Source: Gemmatimonadota bacterium (GTDB lineage Bacteria > Gemmatimonadota > Gemmatimonadetes > Gemmatimonadales > GWC2-71-9). Taken from it: a stretch of DNA of 64,000 nucleotides. Below are positions 1 to 10,394 of the stretch, piece after piece (position 1 is the first letter of the stretch; each line of letters starts with the position of its first letter). The notes under the pieces are model-generated. The model ran no database searches, was not told the DNA's origin, and saw only the letters and a list, made by a program, of their open reading frames with translations. The stretch covers positions 11,417 through 75,416 of the forward strand of contig QHTZ01000067.1 of NCBI GenBank assembly GCA_003221005.1, given 5' to 3'. A program made the position numbers and the translations under genes.

Positions 1-60
1 GTAGTCCTCGATCTCCGCGATGCGACGGAGCTGATCCACGGTGAGTTTCGTCTCGGGCAT
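1..60 (-). CDS. 5' fragment of a hypothetical protein (MPETKLTVDQLRRIAEIEDY...), runs off the window
   Basis: ATG at 60 with a GGGAG RBS just upstream, directly after the stop of the 70..1638 gene; frame open to the window edge. Confidence 0.6.
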   Translation of the reverse strand, partial: MPETKLTVDQLRRIAEIEDY

Positions 61-69
61 CGGACTCCC

Positions 70-1638
70 TTAGTTCCGGGGCGCGAGCGCGTCCGCGAGG
101 GGACGCCCATCCAGCGGCTCGCCAGGAGTGAGATCCAGCAGCCGCGCGAGGGTGGGCGCGATGTCCACAGTGCGGACGCGCCCGCCGTACTCCTCGCGCT
201 GGAAGCCCTTCCCCCAGAAGATCAGCGGGACGTGCGCGTCGAAGTCCGTCGGCTGCCCGTGCTCCGCGATCGGCGCGCCATGGCTCCAGACCGAATAGGG
301 CTTGAGGGTAACGACGAGCTCCACGCCCGCGCCTTCCGGCACCTGGTGGCGCCAGCGGCGCGTCACCGGATCCCCCAACGTGTCGGCCCGCGCCAGCTCG
401 GCGAAGCTCTGGACGCGGGCCACGCCCGGCACGGCGCGCACGCGCGCCGCGACCGCGGCGATCACGCTGTCCGCATTCACCCCTGCCGCGGCGAGCTTGG
501 CGCGGTCGGGCGCGAGCAGCATCCCGGTGTCGAATACGAGCCAGTCTGCCCCGCCCGCGCGCTCGTCGAGCTCCCGGTTCACATCGCGGAGCACGCTGTC
601 CAAGCTCACCCGCCGCGCCTCCGGATGGCCGTGGGCACGGGCCCATTCGGGGTACGGCGTCACGCCGTGATCCGCGGTAAGGACGATGGTCACACCACCC
701 GCACCGTAGCGGACGAAGAGTTGGCCGAGGAACCAGCCGAGGTAGCGGTCCAGGCGGACTACCTGATCGTGTATCTCGCGCGACTCGGGCCCATACAGGT
801 GCCCCACGGCGTCCGTGGTGGAGAGGCTTACCGCCAGCAGATCGGTCGCCCCGCGGCCGCCCAGCCCCAGCGCGCGAACCCCAGCGAGCGCGAACGCAAG
901 CGTGAGCGAGTCCATGGTGGGGACATCGATCAGCGTATCCGCCGCTTGGGCGCTGTCCATCGGGAGGCGATGAGGGAAGGTGAAGTCGTGCCCGGCGTGC
1001 TCGTAGGGCTCGCTGTCGGGCTCGGGGTAGTCGGCCGCGGGGAGCAGTGGAGTCCAGATCGCGCCGGCCAGCTTGAACGGGACGCGCTGCGCGTTGAAGG
1101 CCCGCACCCAGCCTGGGAGGGAGTCGGCGTAGTACCGGCTCGTGGTGAAAGAGCCCGCCTGGTACCAGTACACCTGCTGTTTCGCTCGCCCCAGCTGGAG
1201 AATCGCCGCGCGGTCCTTCCGCGACACCGAAAGGGCACGGGCGGCGGGCTGCGCTGCGTGCAACCAGTCGAAAAAGGCGGTGCCTCGAAACCGCGCAGGC
1301 GACGCGCCCGGGCCGCGCACGCCGAGTAGCGGGGCGCTCGAGTCCTGGACGCCGGCCAGGTTGCGGATGATCCCAGTGTGCGCGGGCACGCGCCCGGAGA
1401 GGATCGTGGAGTGGCCCGGCGCCGTTTCGGTGACGGCGTGGTCCTGGAAGGCATCGGTGAAGACGGCGCCTCCCCGCAGCAGCAAGCCGAGGCCCCCGAT
1501 TAGCTGCGGGCGGAAGCGCTCCAGGTAGTCCGGCCGCAGCTGGTCCACAGTGATCACGACGACGAGTCTGGGCCGCGCGGCCGGTGACGAGTGCGGCAGG
1601 CCGAGCCCCGCCACGGCCAGGAGGGTCGCGATTCGCAT
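70..1638 (-). CDS. Alkaline phosphatase family protein (PafA/nucleotide pyrophosphatase type), secreted
   Basis: Signal peptide; VVVITVDQLRPDY, TETAPGHSTI (Thr nucleophile), DAVGH, TADHG and HGQP motifs. Confidence 0.9.
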   Translation of the reverse strand: MRIATLLAVAGLGLPHSSPAARPRLVVVITVDQLRPDYLERFRPQLIGGLGLLLRGGAVFTDAFQDHAVTETAPGHSTILSGRVPAHTGIIRNLAGVQDSSAPLLGVRGPGASPARFRGTAFFDWLHAAQPAARALSVSRKDRAAILQLGRAKQQVYWYQAGSFTTSRYYADSLPGWVRAFNAQRVPFKLAGAIWTPLLPAADYPEPDSEPYEHAGHDFTFPHRLPMDSAQAADTLIDVPTMDSLTLAFALAGVRALGLGGRGATDLLAVSLSTTDAVGHLYGPESREIHDQVVRLDRYLGWFLGQLFVRYGAGGVTIVLTADHGVTPYPEWARAHGHPEARRVSLDSVLRDVNRELDERAGGADWLVFDTGMLLAPDRAKLAAAGVNADSVIAAVAARVRAVPGVARVQSFAELARADTLGDPVTRRWRHQVPEGAGVELVVTLKPYSVWSHGAPIAEHGQPTDFDAHVPLIFWGKGFQREEYGGRVRTVDIAPTLARLLDLTPGEPLDGRPLADALAPRN

Positions 1639-1664
1639 GGACGAAAACTAACCTCGGCTCGACC

Positions 1665-2870
1665 CTAGGCCGCCGCGGCCGGGGCCGCCTCGCTGTGGGG
1701 CACCTGCGTGGCGAGGAGGAGCGCGCACGCGATGACCGCGGCGCACGCGAAGAACGGCACACGCGGCCCCAACGTCTGATAAGCGAAGCCCGCCCAGATG
1801 GGGCCGACCACGCTCGCGACGCCGCGCAGCGCCTGCTGCACGCCCATCATCAGCCCGAATTCATGTTTGTCCGCCTGGTGGCTGACGAGCGCCGAGTTGG
1901 CCGGAAACAAGAGCGCCGTCCCGAGCGGCAGCAGCGTCTGGTACAGGAGGAACGTCGCGACCGAGCCGGCGAGCGGGATCAAGGCGTAACCCAACGCGTA
2001 CAGCGCCGCTCCGAGCCGCATCGTCCGCACCTCGCCGAAGCGGGCGTTAACGGGCCCCACGACGAACGCCCGCATCAACACTCCCACGCCGCCGAAGATG
2101 AGGAAGAAGTAGCCGACGCTGTGCTCCGTGATGCCGAAGCGCCACGAGAGATACAGGATGAACACGGGGGGCGTCGAGTTGTATGCCAGCATCGCGACCG
2201 CGTAGATCCAGATGAGTTGGGCGACGGGGCGGCGGGGGTGGCGGATCACGTCCCACATCGCCTCGCGTACCGGCCGGGGCTCGACCGGGGGCAGGTGCCG
2301 GCCGCTTGCCGTCGTGACGCGCGACTCGAGCACGCGCGACTCGGGGAGCCACTTCCAGGCGAAGAACACGTTGACCACGCACAGCGCCGCGGCGACGAGG
2401 CCGGGTGCGGTCTCGCCCGCGTGCGTGGCTAGCGAGCCGAGGGCCGGGCCCACGATGACGCCGAGGCTCGTGGCGGCCGAGAGCCATCCCAAGGCCTTGG
2501 CGCGCTCGTTCGCCGGCATGGTGTCGGCCACGTACGCCTGCGCCACGCCGGTCGTGCCGCCCCCGAGGCCCTGTACGAACCGCGAGACGAAGAGCAGCCA
2601 CAGGGCGTCCGCGAACCCGAAGATCAGATACGCGAGGGCGGAGGCGCCCAAGCCCACCAGGATCGCGGGCCGCCGGCCGTAGCGGTCGGACACCCGGCCC
2701 CACACGGGCGACGATGCGAGCTGGGCGACGGGGAACGACGCCGCGAGGAACCCGATCGTGGCCGGGTCGGCGTGCAGCCGCTGCGCGTAGAGCGGCAGCA
2801 GCGGCAGGACGATCATGAGGCCGATCATGTCCACGAACGCGACGGCCATCAGGGCGGCGAGCCGCTTCAT
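1665..2870 (-). CDS. MFS transporter, TetA/DHA1-like
   Basis: True start MKRLAALMAVAFVD at 2870 overlapping the upstream stop; motif A GRVSDRYGRRP; about 12 hydrophobic segments. Confidence 0.88.
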   Translation of the reverse strand: MKRLAALMAVAFVDMIGLMIVLPLLPLYAQRLHADPATIGFLAASFPVAQLASSPVWGRVSDRYGRRPAILVGLGASALAYLIFGFADALWLLFVSRFVQGLGGGTTGVAQAYVADTMPANERAKALGWLSAATSLGVIVGPALGSLATHAGETAPGLVAAALCVVNVFFAWKWLPESRVLESRVTTASGRHLPPVEPRPVREAMWDVIRHPRRPVAQLIWIYAVAMLAYNSTPPVFILYLSWRFGITEHSVGYFFLIFGGVGVLMRAFVVGPVNARFGEVRTMRLGAALYALGYALIPLAGSVATFLLYQTLLPLGTALLFPANSALVSHQADKHEFGLMMGVQQALRGVASVVGPIWAGFAYQTLGPRVPFFACAAVIACALLLATQVPHSEAAPAAAA

Positions 2871-4492
2871 CGGCGCATCCCGATCCCCAGCACCGCGGCG
2901 CTCGTCACCATCAAGACGACGCCGAACGCCGCCGCGATGCCAAGCTCGTTGAGCCGCAGGCTCGAGAGGATCTCCATCGAGATGGGCCGGGTGTCGTAGG
3001 TGTACAGGACGATCGACGTCACGAAGTCCCCGAGCGCCGTCACGAAGGCAAGGCTCGCGCCCGCCGCGAGCGCCGGCGCGAGCAGCGGTAGCGTGACCCG
3101 CGACAGCGTGCGCCAGCGGCCGGCGCCCAGGCTCGCCGCAGCTTCGTCGAGGGCGGGATCGAGCTGGCGGTACCCGGCAAGCAGCGCGCGCCCGGCGATA
3201 GGGAGATTCCGGACCAGGTAGGCGAGCGGCAGGATCACACCCGTCCCGACGAGCACCCAGCGCAGCGCGAGGGGGCGGGAGACGGCGAACGTCGTCGCCA
3301 ACGCAACGGCGAACACGGTGCCGGGGAGCGCCCAAGGCAGCGCCAAGAGCCCCTCGATGACCCGCCGCGTGGCCACGCGGCGCCGCACGGCGAGCCACCC
3401 CGCGGCGAGCGCGAGCACAACCGCGCCCGTCGTGCTCGCGCCCGCCATCCAGAGGGAGTTGACGAGCGGCCGCAACCGCTCCGGCTCGCTCACGAGGCGC
3501 CGGTAGTTCACGATGCTCAACACGGGCGGCAGAGTCTCTGTCGTCCAGGTGGCGTAGGGCACGAGCGAGACGAGCACGAGCGTGAGATGCGGCAACAGGA
3601 GGATCGCGGCGAGCAGCCACCCAGCCGCGGCCGCGAGCGCGCGGGTGCTCGGCGTCCGCAGCTCGCGCCGCCGCGGCGCGGTCCCCTTTCCTAGCGCGAC
3701 CAGGACGTCATCGCCTTCCGTGCGGGACAAGAGCGTCAGACCCGCCAGCGCGACGACGACCAGGGCTACCGTCTCGACCATCGCGAGCGACACATCGCCA
3801 TTCAGCTTCGACGCCACGATCTGCGTCGGCATCACGCGAAACCCGCCGCCGAAGACATAGGGCGCGCTGAACGAGCCGAGCGCGGTCATGAACGTGAGGA
3901 GCGCCGCACCGGCGAGGGAAGGCTTGAGCAGGGGCACGGTCACGCGCCACAGCGTCACCCAGCGCCCCGCGCCCAGTGCCTGGGCAGCTTCGAGCATCGA
4001 CGCGTCCAGCTTCGCGAGGCCCGCGCGCGTGAGCAGATAGAAGTAGACGTACAGTGAATAGGCGTGGACGAGCAGGATCGCTCCGGCCCCCTGGAGCCGC
4101 CACGGTGCATGATCGAGCCGGAGCACATGCTCGAGCGCTCGCGCGACGAACCCCGACTCGCCGTACAGGAACAGAAACGCGATGACGCCCACGAGCGGCG
4201 GCAGCACCGCCGGCAGTGCCACCAGGGCACCCAGCACGGCCCGCCCTGGGAACTCGAACCGCTCGAACAGGAACGCGAGGGGCACGCCAAGCGCGGCGGC
4301 GAGCGCCACGCTCGCGACCGAGATCCAGATGCTGGCCCAGAGCGCCCGCCACTCTCCCGGACGCTGCACGAACGCGGCGATCGCGGCGCGGTCGGCCGCC
4401 TGCGCCGCCGCGATCAGGATTGGATAGAGCACCAGCCACGCCAGCAGCAGCGTGAGGCCGATGCCGGCGAGGCTGGGGCGGCGCGCCATCAC
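2867..4492 (-). CDS. ABC transporter permease, FbpB/Fe3+-thiamine type with two fused TM domains
   Basis: Two EAA loops (EAAQALGA, EAAASLGA); operonic with the ATPase and binding protein. Confidence 0.9.
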   Translation of the reverse strand: MMARRPSLAGIGLTLLLAWLVLYPILIAAAQAADRAAIAAFVQRPGEWRALWASIWISVASVALAAALGVPLAFLFERFEFPGRAVLGALVALPAVLPPLVGVIAFLFLYGESGFVARALEHVLRLDHAPWRLQGAGAILLVHAYSLYVYFYLLTRAGLAKLDASMLEAAQALGAGRWVTLWRVTVPLLKPSLAGAALLTFMTALGSFSAPYVFGGGFRVMPTQIVASKLNGDVSLAMVETVALVVVALAGLTLLSRTEGDDVLVALGKGTAPRRRELRTPSTRALAAAAGWLLAAILLLPHLTLVLVSLVPYATWTTETLPPVLSIVNYRRLVSEPERLRPLVNSLWMAGASTTGAVVLALAAGWLAVRRRVATRRVIEGLLALPWALPGTVFAVALATTFAVSRPLALRWVLVGTGVILPLAYLVRNLPIAGRALLAGYRQLDPALDEAAASLGAGRWRTLSRVTLPLLAPALAAGASLAFVTALGDFVTSIVLYTYDTRPISMEILSSLRLNELGIAAAFGVVLMVTSAAVLGIGMRR

Positions 4493-5487
4493 CGTACCTC
4501 CCCGGCGTCGGCAAAGGACAGCACGTGCGTGGCCTGGACGTACACGCGCTCACCCACACGGGCGGCGCCCGGCTCGGCCAGCACCTCGAACCGCTCCCCT
4601 CGATCCCCCTCGACGATGAAGAGCGCGGCAGGCCCGGTGTAGCGGCGCTCCCGCACAATCCCCGGGACGCCCGCGTCGGCGAACTGGAGTTGCTCGGGCC
4701 GGACGACCGCGACGTCGCCGTCCTTCCCCCCGAGCGCCCGCGCCGTGGCACCACGCAAGACGTTGGCGCGCCCGACGAACGTGGCCACGAACAGCGTCGT
4801 CGGCCGCTCGTACAGCTCGTCTGCCGTCCCGATCTGCTCGAGCCGTCCGTCGCGCAGCACCGCGATGCGGTCGCCCAGGTCGAAGGCCTCTTCCTGCTCA
4901 TGCGTGACGAATACCGTGGTGATCTTCACGCGTTGGATCACCTGGCGGAGCTCGCGCCGGGTCCGCTCGCGCAGCGCCGGGTCGAGGTTCGACAGCGGCT
5001 CATCCAGCAGCAGCACGCGGGGCTCGGGTGCGAGCGCCCGCGCCAGAGCGACGCGCTGCTGCTGGCCACCAGACAGCTCCTGCACCTTGCGACGCTCGAA
5101 GCCCCCCAGGTCCACGAGCTCCAGGACCCGCGCCACCGTGCGCTCCACTTCGACCCTTCCCCCTTCCCCCTTCCCCCTTCCCGTAATTCCGAACGCCACG
5201 TTTTCTCCCACGTCGAGATGCGGAAACAATGCGTAGTGCTGAAACACCATCCCGAACCGCCGTCGCGCGGGAGGGACGCGGGTGACGTCCTCGCCCTCCA
5301 CCGCGATGCTCCCGGCGTCGGGCGTCTCGAATCCCGCGAGCAGTCGCAGCATCGTCGTCTTCCCGCTGCCGCTCGGCCCCAGCAGGGCCAGGATCTCGCC
5401 GCGGCCGATGCTCAACGACACGGCGTCCGCCGCGACCACGGCTCCGAACCGCTTGGTGACGGCGTCGATCGTCAGAAAGACCGTCAC
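4489..5487 (-). CDS. ABC transporter ATP-binding protein (PotA/FbpC-like)
   Basis: Walker A GPSGSGKT, signature LSGGQQQR, Walker B LLLDEP; GTG start at 5487 overlaps the stop of the binding-protein gene. Confidence 0.92.
   Translation of the reverse strand: MTVFLTIDAVTKRFGAVVAADAVSLSIGRGEILALLGPSGSGKTTMLRLLAGFETPDAGSIAVEGEDVTRVPPARRRFGMVFQHYALFPHLDVGENVAFGITGRGKGEGGRVEVERTVARVLELVDLGGFERRKVQELSGGQQQRVALARALAPEPRVLLLDEPLSNLDPALRERTRRELRQVIQRVKITTVFVTHEQEEAFDLGDRIAVLRDGRLEQIGTADELYERPTTLFVATFVGRANVLRGATARALGGKDGDVAVVRPEQLQFADAGVPGIVRERRYTGPAALFIVEGDRGERFEVLAEPGAARVGERVYVQATHVLSFADAGEVR
5154..5181. repeat. Four perfect tandem copies of CCCTTCC inside the ABC ATPase gene
   Basis: Seen directly; encodes the Gly-rich insert GRGKGEGGR. 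Confidence 0.85.
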
Positions 5488-6509
5488 CGACCCTTCCCGC
5501 GCACGTTGTCGTCCCAGTAGCGCATCCACGCGTCCCCGCGTGCGGCGAGGAGGTCCCAGTCCACGTCTGCCACCTTCATCGCACGGTTGACCTCGCGCGC
5601 CCACGCCGGGAGCGAGTCCGCCGGGAGATCCAGGCGGGCGGGGAGGCGATAGACCTCTCGCGCCGCGAGCAGTTGCGCCGCGACGCTCCCCACCCATTCG
5701 ACGAACGCCTCGGCCTGCGCGCGATGGGGCGCGTGCTTCACGACGCCGATCGCGTCCTCGATCACCGGCGTGCCGCTCCGCGGAAACACGTACCCGAGCG
5801 GCAGGCCGTCCCGCTTGTTCAGCAGCACATCGGGCAGATCCCAGATCGTCACCAGACCCTCCCGGCGCACGATTTTCTGGTCGAGCAGCTGTCCGCTGAG
5901 CACGTACTCCTTGGTCTGCGCGTCGAGACGTCGCAACCACCCGAACCCGGCGGCCGTGTCCCCCGTCGCCTTGATGCCGCGCTCGATGATCATCCCCCAG
6001 ACGGCGCGCATCGTGCCGCTCGCGAGCGGATCGCGGATGAGCACTTTTCCCTTCCAGCGCGGCTCGAGCAGGTCATCCCAATCCTGCGGCGCCTGCTCGG
6101 GCGGAAGCGCCTCAGCCGCGTACACAATCACGGCCGGCGTGAGGTAGACGGCGCAGTAGGCATCCCCTGCCCCGCGGCCATGCGGCGCGATCGCCGCCGC
6201 CCAGGACGGGCGGAACGGCTCGAGCAGCGAATCCGGCACGCCGCGCGCGAAAATCGTCCCCGGTCCGCCGAACCAGACGTCGGCCTGGGGATTCGCCCGC
6301 TCCGAGCGGAGCCGGTCGTACACTTCCTGCGAGCCCATGTCGAGCCAATGCACCACTACGTCGGGATGGAGCTGCTCAAAGCGATGCTGAAACAGGGTCA
6401 GGAGATCGCGGCCGTGAGGCGAGTAGATGACGAGGGGCGTTCTTCTGTCCCCCCTGCAAGCGACGGCGCACGTGACGAGGAGCGCGAGGCCAACGAGCCG
6501 ACACCGCAT
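5484..6509 (-). CDS. ABC extracellular solute-binding lipoprotein (Fe3+/polyamine family)
   Basis: Lipobox AVAC; NPQADVWFGG and PQDWDDLL..WKGK motifs. Confidence 0.88.
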   Translation of the reverse strand: MRCRLVGLALLVTCAVACRGDRRTPLVIYSPHGRDLLTLFQHRFEQLHPDVVVHWLDMGSQEVYDRLRSERANPQADVWFGGPGTIFARGVPDSLLEPFRPSWAAAIAPHGRGAGDAYCAVYLTPAVIVYAAEALPPEQAPQDWDDLLEPRWKGKVLIRDPLASGTMRAVWGMIIERGIKATGDTAAGFGWLRRLDAQTKEYVLSGQLLDQKIVRREGLVTIWDLPDVLLNKRDGLPLGYVFPRSGTPVIEDAIGVVKHAPHRAQAEAFVEWVGSVAAQLLAAREVYRLPARLDLPADSLPAWAREVNRAMKVADVDWDLLAARGDAWMRYWDDNVRGKGR

Positions 6510-6511
6510 TC

Positions 6512-8995
6512 TTATGTTCGAAGCGCCAGCAGGTTCGCAAACAAGCGGTACGCTCCCGGGACACCGGCTGGCAGCTGTCGGAAGAACGCAAGCCCGGTGT
6601 ACACGTAGACGCCCCTGCCCACGTGCGCTACGAGCAGGCCTCCCCGAAGCGGCGGGTCGCCTGGGTCGTGCATCTCGAGCCGCGGAGTGTAGGTCGAATC
6701 CCAGTCGTGGGCGAAGTACAGCCCCCGCTCCTGAACCCAGCCCTGCCAGTCGGCAGGGCCGATCTCGTTCGGGACGTGAAACAGGGGGTGGGCCGGATCG
6801 AGGACCGTCACCGGCGCGTCCTCGTCTGTGACGCGGTCGTGCGGCCGCGCGAGCGATAGCGGGTACGGCGCGAAGCCGCCCTGGATGAACGGGTACTGCT
6901 GGTACTGCACGATCACGAGCCCGCCAGCCCGCGCGTAGTCGAGCAGTCGCCCGTTGTTCGCGACGAGCGCCGGCTCGGTCTCGTAGGCGCGGCCGCCGAT
7001 GACGATGGCCTCGTAGCGCGACAGGTTGCCCCGGGCGAGCGAATCCGCGCCGAGCAGGTCGATCGGCACGCCGACCGCGGCGAGCGCCTCCGGCTCGCGG
7101 TCCGCCGGACCGCGCACGTACCCCACGCGGGTGAGCGGTGGGAGCAAGATGCGCGCGACGCGGATCTCGACGGTGGAGGGCCGGACCACGGGCCGCGGGC
7201 GGATATGCGGATAGTCGATGATGCCCAGCGCGCCGTCACAGCGGCGGCCGTCGCCGCCCGTGGCGGCCGCACGCACGAGGAAGCTGCCCGGCGTCACCGC
7301 CGCGGGGAGGGCTAGCGTTACGCCTGCGCTGCGCGACTCGTCCTCCCGCTGAAAGGCGAGGCTCTCCGCCGCGATCGCCGGCCAGCCGCGCGGCGGCCTC
7401 ACCACAACCTGGACCGCGGCGGGGCCGCGGTTGCGGTTGGTGACCGTCACGGTCAACCGCCGCGCACCGCTCGCGGGTCCGTCGGACGGCCACACCACGA
7501 GGCCGGGCGTGACCGCCACGTCGTAGGCGCAGTCCACGAGCACGGGGCGCCGGACTTCGCCGTTCGCCTCATCGCGGTATCGGTTGGACACTTCCCGCGT
7601 CAGCCCGATCACCGCGCCGGCCACCGCGAGCCGCACCCGAAGCTCGAGCGCCGGAGGCTCGAACGGCAGGCCGCGCAGCTCGGGGGGAACCGCGGACCAA
7701 TCGTACAGCGCCCCGGCGAGCGGACGCTTGAGGAAGTAGGGCTGCGACCGCTCGGCGTCCCGGGGCACGGTGACGACGAAGCGCCGCGTCGCGAGGGTGC
7801 CGGGCGCCACCGAACCGGACGCCGCATCCAGCCGGTCGACCGTCCAGCCCGTGGGTGCGGCGACCTGCACCTCGTCGAGCCGCACGCTCGAGTCGCCGGC
7901 GTTCCACACGGTGGCTTCCACTTGCAGCCGCTGCCCGCCGACCGTGATCCAGTCATCGGCGACGCCGTCGATCGCAATCCCCGCCGCGTCGGCGAGCGTG
8001 CGCTCGAGAATGCCCCGCTGTTCCCCGTCGTCCGCGCCGGCCCCGTCACCCAGCGCCGCGAGCGCCCGGGCCAGGAGCGGGACGATCGCCTGGGGACGCA
8101 GCGGGTTAAGCGCCGCGCGCGCCGAGTCGAGGAGCGCGACGTAGCGCTCCCGCCCGTGGGGCGCGGTATCCACTCCCGCGAACAGCCCAACCCCGTCACC
8201 CATCCCGCGTCCCGCGTCCCTCCGCTCCCAGAGGGCAAGCCGGATGGCGCTCGGCCCCGGCAGCTCGAGCTGCCCCATGTCCTGCGAGCGGTGCCGGCTG
8301 CGGCCCGCCATGGCCAGCTGGCGGTAGGATCGTCCCGTGACCGGATCGAGCCGTCCCCCCTGGAGGGTGAGCGTGCTCGCCGTGGTGTCGAAGCGCGCCG
8401 ACCGGTACAGCTTCACCGGACCCCAGCTCGAGTCCTTGAGCAGTTCGAACGCCTCGCGGGCGAGCAGGCCGGCCACCTGATGCTGGCCATGCCCGTCGCG
8501 CGGGGTCCCCGAGAAGATCGACACGATCACTTGCGGCCGAAACCGGCGGATCACGTCCACGATATCCTTGAGCAGCGAATCCCGTGGCCAGAAGCGAAAT
8601 GTTTCGGCGGCGGTCTTGGAGAAGCCGAAGTCGTATGCGCGCGTGAAGTACTGGCGCGCGCCATCGAGCCGTCGCGCGGCGAGCAGCTCTTCGGTGCGGA
8701 TGACGCCGAGCTCGGGGCCCAACTCGGGTCCAATGAGATTCTGCCCGCCCTCGCCGCGGCTCAGCGAAAGATAGGCCGTCTGGACGCCGAGCCCACGGGA
8801 CAGGAACGCGAGCAGCTCCGTGTCCTCGTCGTCGGGGTGGGCGCCGATCATAAGCACCCGCTTTACTGCGCCAAGCGCCCGGAGGCCGTCCACCAACGGC
8901 ACGACGCCGCCGGTTCCAGGGGGGGCGAGCTGCCCCACGCCGGTGCCGGCGGCGCCGATCATCAAGACGAGAGAAACTGCGAGAGTGCGCCGCAC
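6512..8995 (-). CDS. PIG-L/LmbE family deacetylase with C-terminal Ig-like (NEW3) and GATase-like domains, secreted
   Basis: AHPDDED, RGEGGQN and HGQHQ motifs; signal peptide; 827 aa. Confidence 0.88.
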   Translation of the reverse strand: MRRTLAVSLVLMIGAAGTGVGQLAPPGTGGVVPLVDGLRALGAVKRVLMIGAHPDDEDTELLAFLSRGLGVQTAYLSLSRGEGGQNLIGPELGPELGVIRTEELLAARRLDGARQYFTRAYDFGFSKTAAETFRFWPRDSLLKDIVDVIRRFRPQVIVSIFSGTPRDGHGQHQVAGLLAREAFELLKDSSWGPVKLYRSARFDTTASTLTLQGGRLDPVTGRSYRQLAMAGRSRHRSQDMGQLELPGPSAIRLALWERRDAGRGMGDGVGLFAGVDTAPHGRERYVALLDSARAALNPLRPQAIVPLLARALAALGDGAGADDGEQRGILERTLADAAGIAIDGVADDWITVGGQRLQVEATVWNAGDSSVRLDEVQVAAPTGWTVDRLDAASGSVAPGTLATRRFVVTVPRDAERSQPYFLKRPLAGALYDWSAVPPELRGLPFEPPALELRVRLAVAGAVIGLTREVSNRYRDEANGEVRRPVLVDCAYDVAVTPGLVVWPSDGPASGARRLTVTVTNRNRGPAAVQVVVRPPRGWPAIAAESLAFQREDESRSAGVTLALPAAVTPGSFLVRAAATGGDGRRCDGALGIIDYPHIRPRPVVRPSTVEIRVARILLPPLTRVGYVRGPADREPEALAAVGVPIDLLGADSLARGNLSRYEAIVIGGRAYETEPALVANNGRLLDYARAGGLVIVQYQQYPFIQGGFAPYPLSLARPHDRVTDEDAPVTVLDPAHPLFHVPNEIGPADWQGWVQERGLYFAHDWDSTYTPRLEMHDPGDPPLRGGLLVAHVGRGVYVYTGLAFFRQLPAGVPGAYRLFANLLALRT

Positions 8996-10299
8996 TAGGG
9001 CGAAAGATATACGGCTCCGCCCTTCATAACGAACCGCACGCGCTCGAGTTCCGTGACGTCGCGCAGCGGATCGCCTGCGACCGCGACGAGGTCCGCGTAC
9101 ATCCCCGGCGCGATGGCGCCGAGGCGCCCCTGCTCACCGAGCAGCTCGGCCGCGAGCGACGTCGCAGACCGGATGGCCTGCATCGGCGTCATGCCGTACT
9201 GCACGTAGTAAGCGAACTCCTTCGCTTCGTTGAGCTCCGTCCAGGGAAACCCACCAACGTCGGTCCCGAATACGATTTTCACGCCCCGCTTCAAGGCCCG
9301 CGCGAACGCGCGGCGCTGGTGCTCCGCCATCGCACCCCAGGGTCCGCCGCGCGGACCCGCGACATAGCGCGACACCGTGACGGTCGGCACCCAATACACG
9401 CCACGCGTGGCCAGCACGTCGATCAGGGAATCCGTGAGACCGTGGCCATGCTCGATCGAGTTGACGCCCGCCCGCAGCGCGGCCGCGATGCCGTCCGCGC
9501 CGATCGCGTGTGCGGCGACGCGGCGCCCCAGGCGGTGCGCCTCGTCCACGATCGCCCGGGCCTCGTCGTCGGTGAAGTTCACCCAGCTGCGCAGCACGCT
9601 GTCCGGACCGAAGTAGTAGCGGCGGTCCGCGTAGAACTTGATCCAGTCGGCACCGTGGGCCACCTGTTCGCGCACCGCGAGCCGGGCGCCGTCCACCCCG
9701 TCCACGGGCTGCACGCCGTGCGGCAGCTCGAGTTCCCAGTTGCTCGACACGATCGGGTACATCCCCGTCGGGGCCATGGCACGCGTGGACGTGAAGATGC
9801 GCGGCCCCGGAATCTCGCCTTCGCTCACGGCCCGCTTGATGTCCACATCGGCGTACATCGCGCCCTCGGTTTCGAGATCGCGCAGCGCGGTGAAGCCGTG
9901 CTCGAGCGCGAGGCGCGCGTTCCGGGCGCCGAGGATGGCACGATAAGGGATCGATTGGTAGAGCAGCTGCCGGTCGTACGACTCCGACGTGGGATCGCCT
10001 TGTAGCAGCAGGTGGGTGTGGGTGTCGATGAACCCCGGTAGGACGGTCAGCGCCGACAGGTCGACGACCTTCGCACCCCGCGCCTCGCCCGGGAGCTGCG
10101 CCAGCGGCCCGACCCACGTGATCCGCTCTCCCTCGACGAGGATCCCGACGTTCGCCTGCGGCGTGTCAGATCGACCGTCGATGAGGCGCCCGGCCTTGAT
10201 GAGGACGGGCGGGGACGGAGCCGGTCTGGGAGTCGCGGCCTGGCCGGCGAGCACCAGGGGAAAGAGGCTGACGGCGAGGCACAAGGCGAGGGAACGCAT
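8995..10299 (-). CDS. Metal-dependent amidohydrolase (Xaa-Pro dipeptidase-like), secreted
   Basis: PGFIDTHTH, DWIK, AAHAIG, SIEHG and FGTD motifs. Confidence 0.9.
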   Translation of the reverse strand: MRSLALCLAVSLFPLVLAGQAATPRPAPSPPVLIKAGRLIDGRSDTPQANVGILVEGERITWVGPLAQLPGEARGAKVVDLSALTVLPGFIDTHTHLLLQGDPTSESYDRQLLYQSIPYRAILGARNARLALEHGFTALRDLETEGAMYADVDIKRAVSEGEIPGPRIFTSTRAMAPTGMYPIVSSNWELELPHGVQPVDGVDGARLAVREQVAHGADWIKFYADRRYYFGPDSVLRSWVNFTDDEARAIVDEAHRLGRRVAAHAIGADGIAAALRAGVNSIEHGHGLTDSLIDVLATRGVYWVPTVTVSRYVAGPRGGPWGAMAEHQRRAFARALKRGVKIVFGTDVGGFPWTELNEAKEFAYYVQYGMTPMQAIRSATSLAAELLGEQGRLGAIAPGMYADLVAVAGDPLRDVTELERVRFVMKGGAVYLSP

Positions 10300-10394
10300 T
10301 TCAGTCCTCCCGTGAAACGCGAGGCGAATCTCCCCCTAACAGCCGTGCTGTCAAGCGGCTTAAGTTGAAGGGAGCCCGAAGGGGGAGTAGGCCC

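Noticed and set aside
1665-3620. Apparent 651-aa MFS fusion, and similar extensions at 4489..5940, 28888..30447, 32056..33615, 32295..34313, 41966..43708 and 46961..49105
   Set aside because: The N-terminal extensions overlap upstream genes in another frame or strand; true starts are downstream
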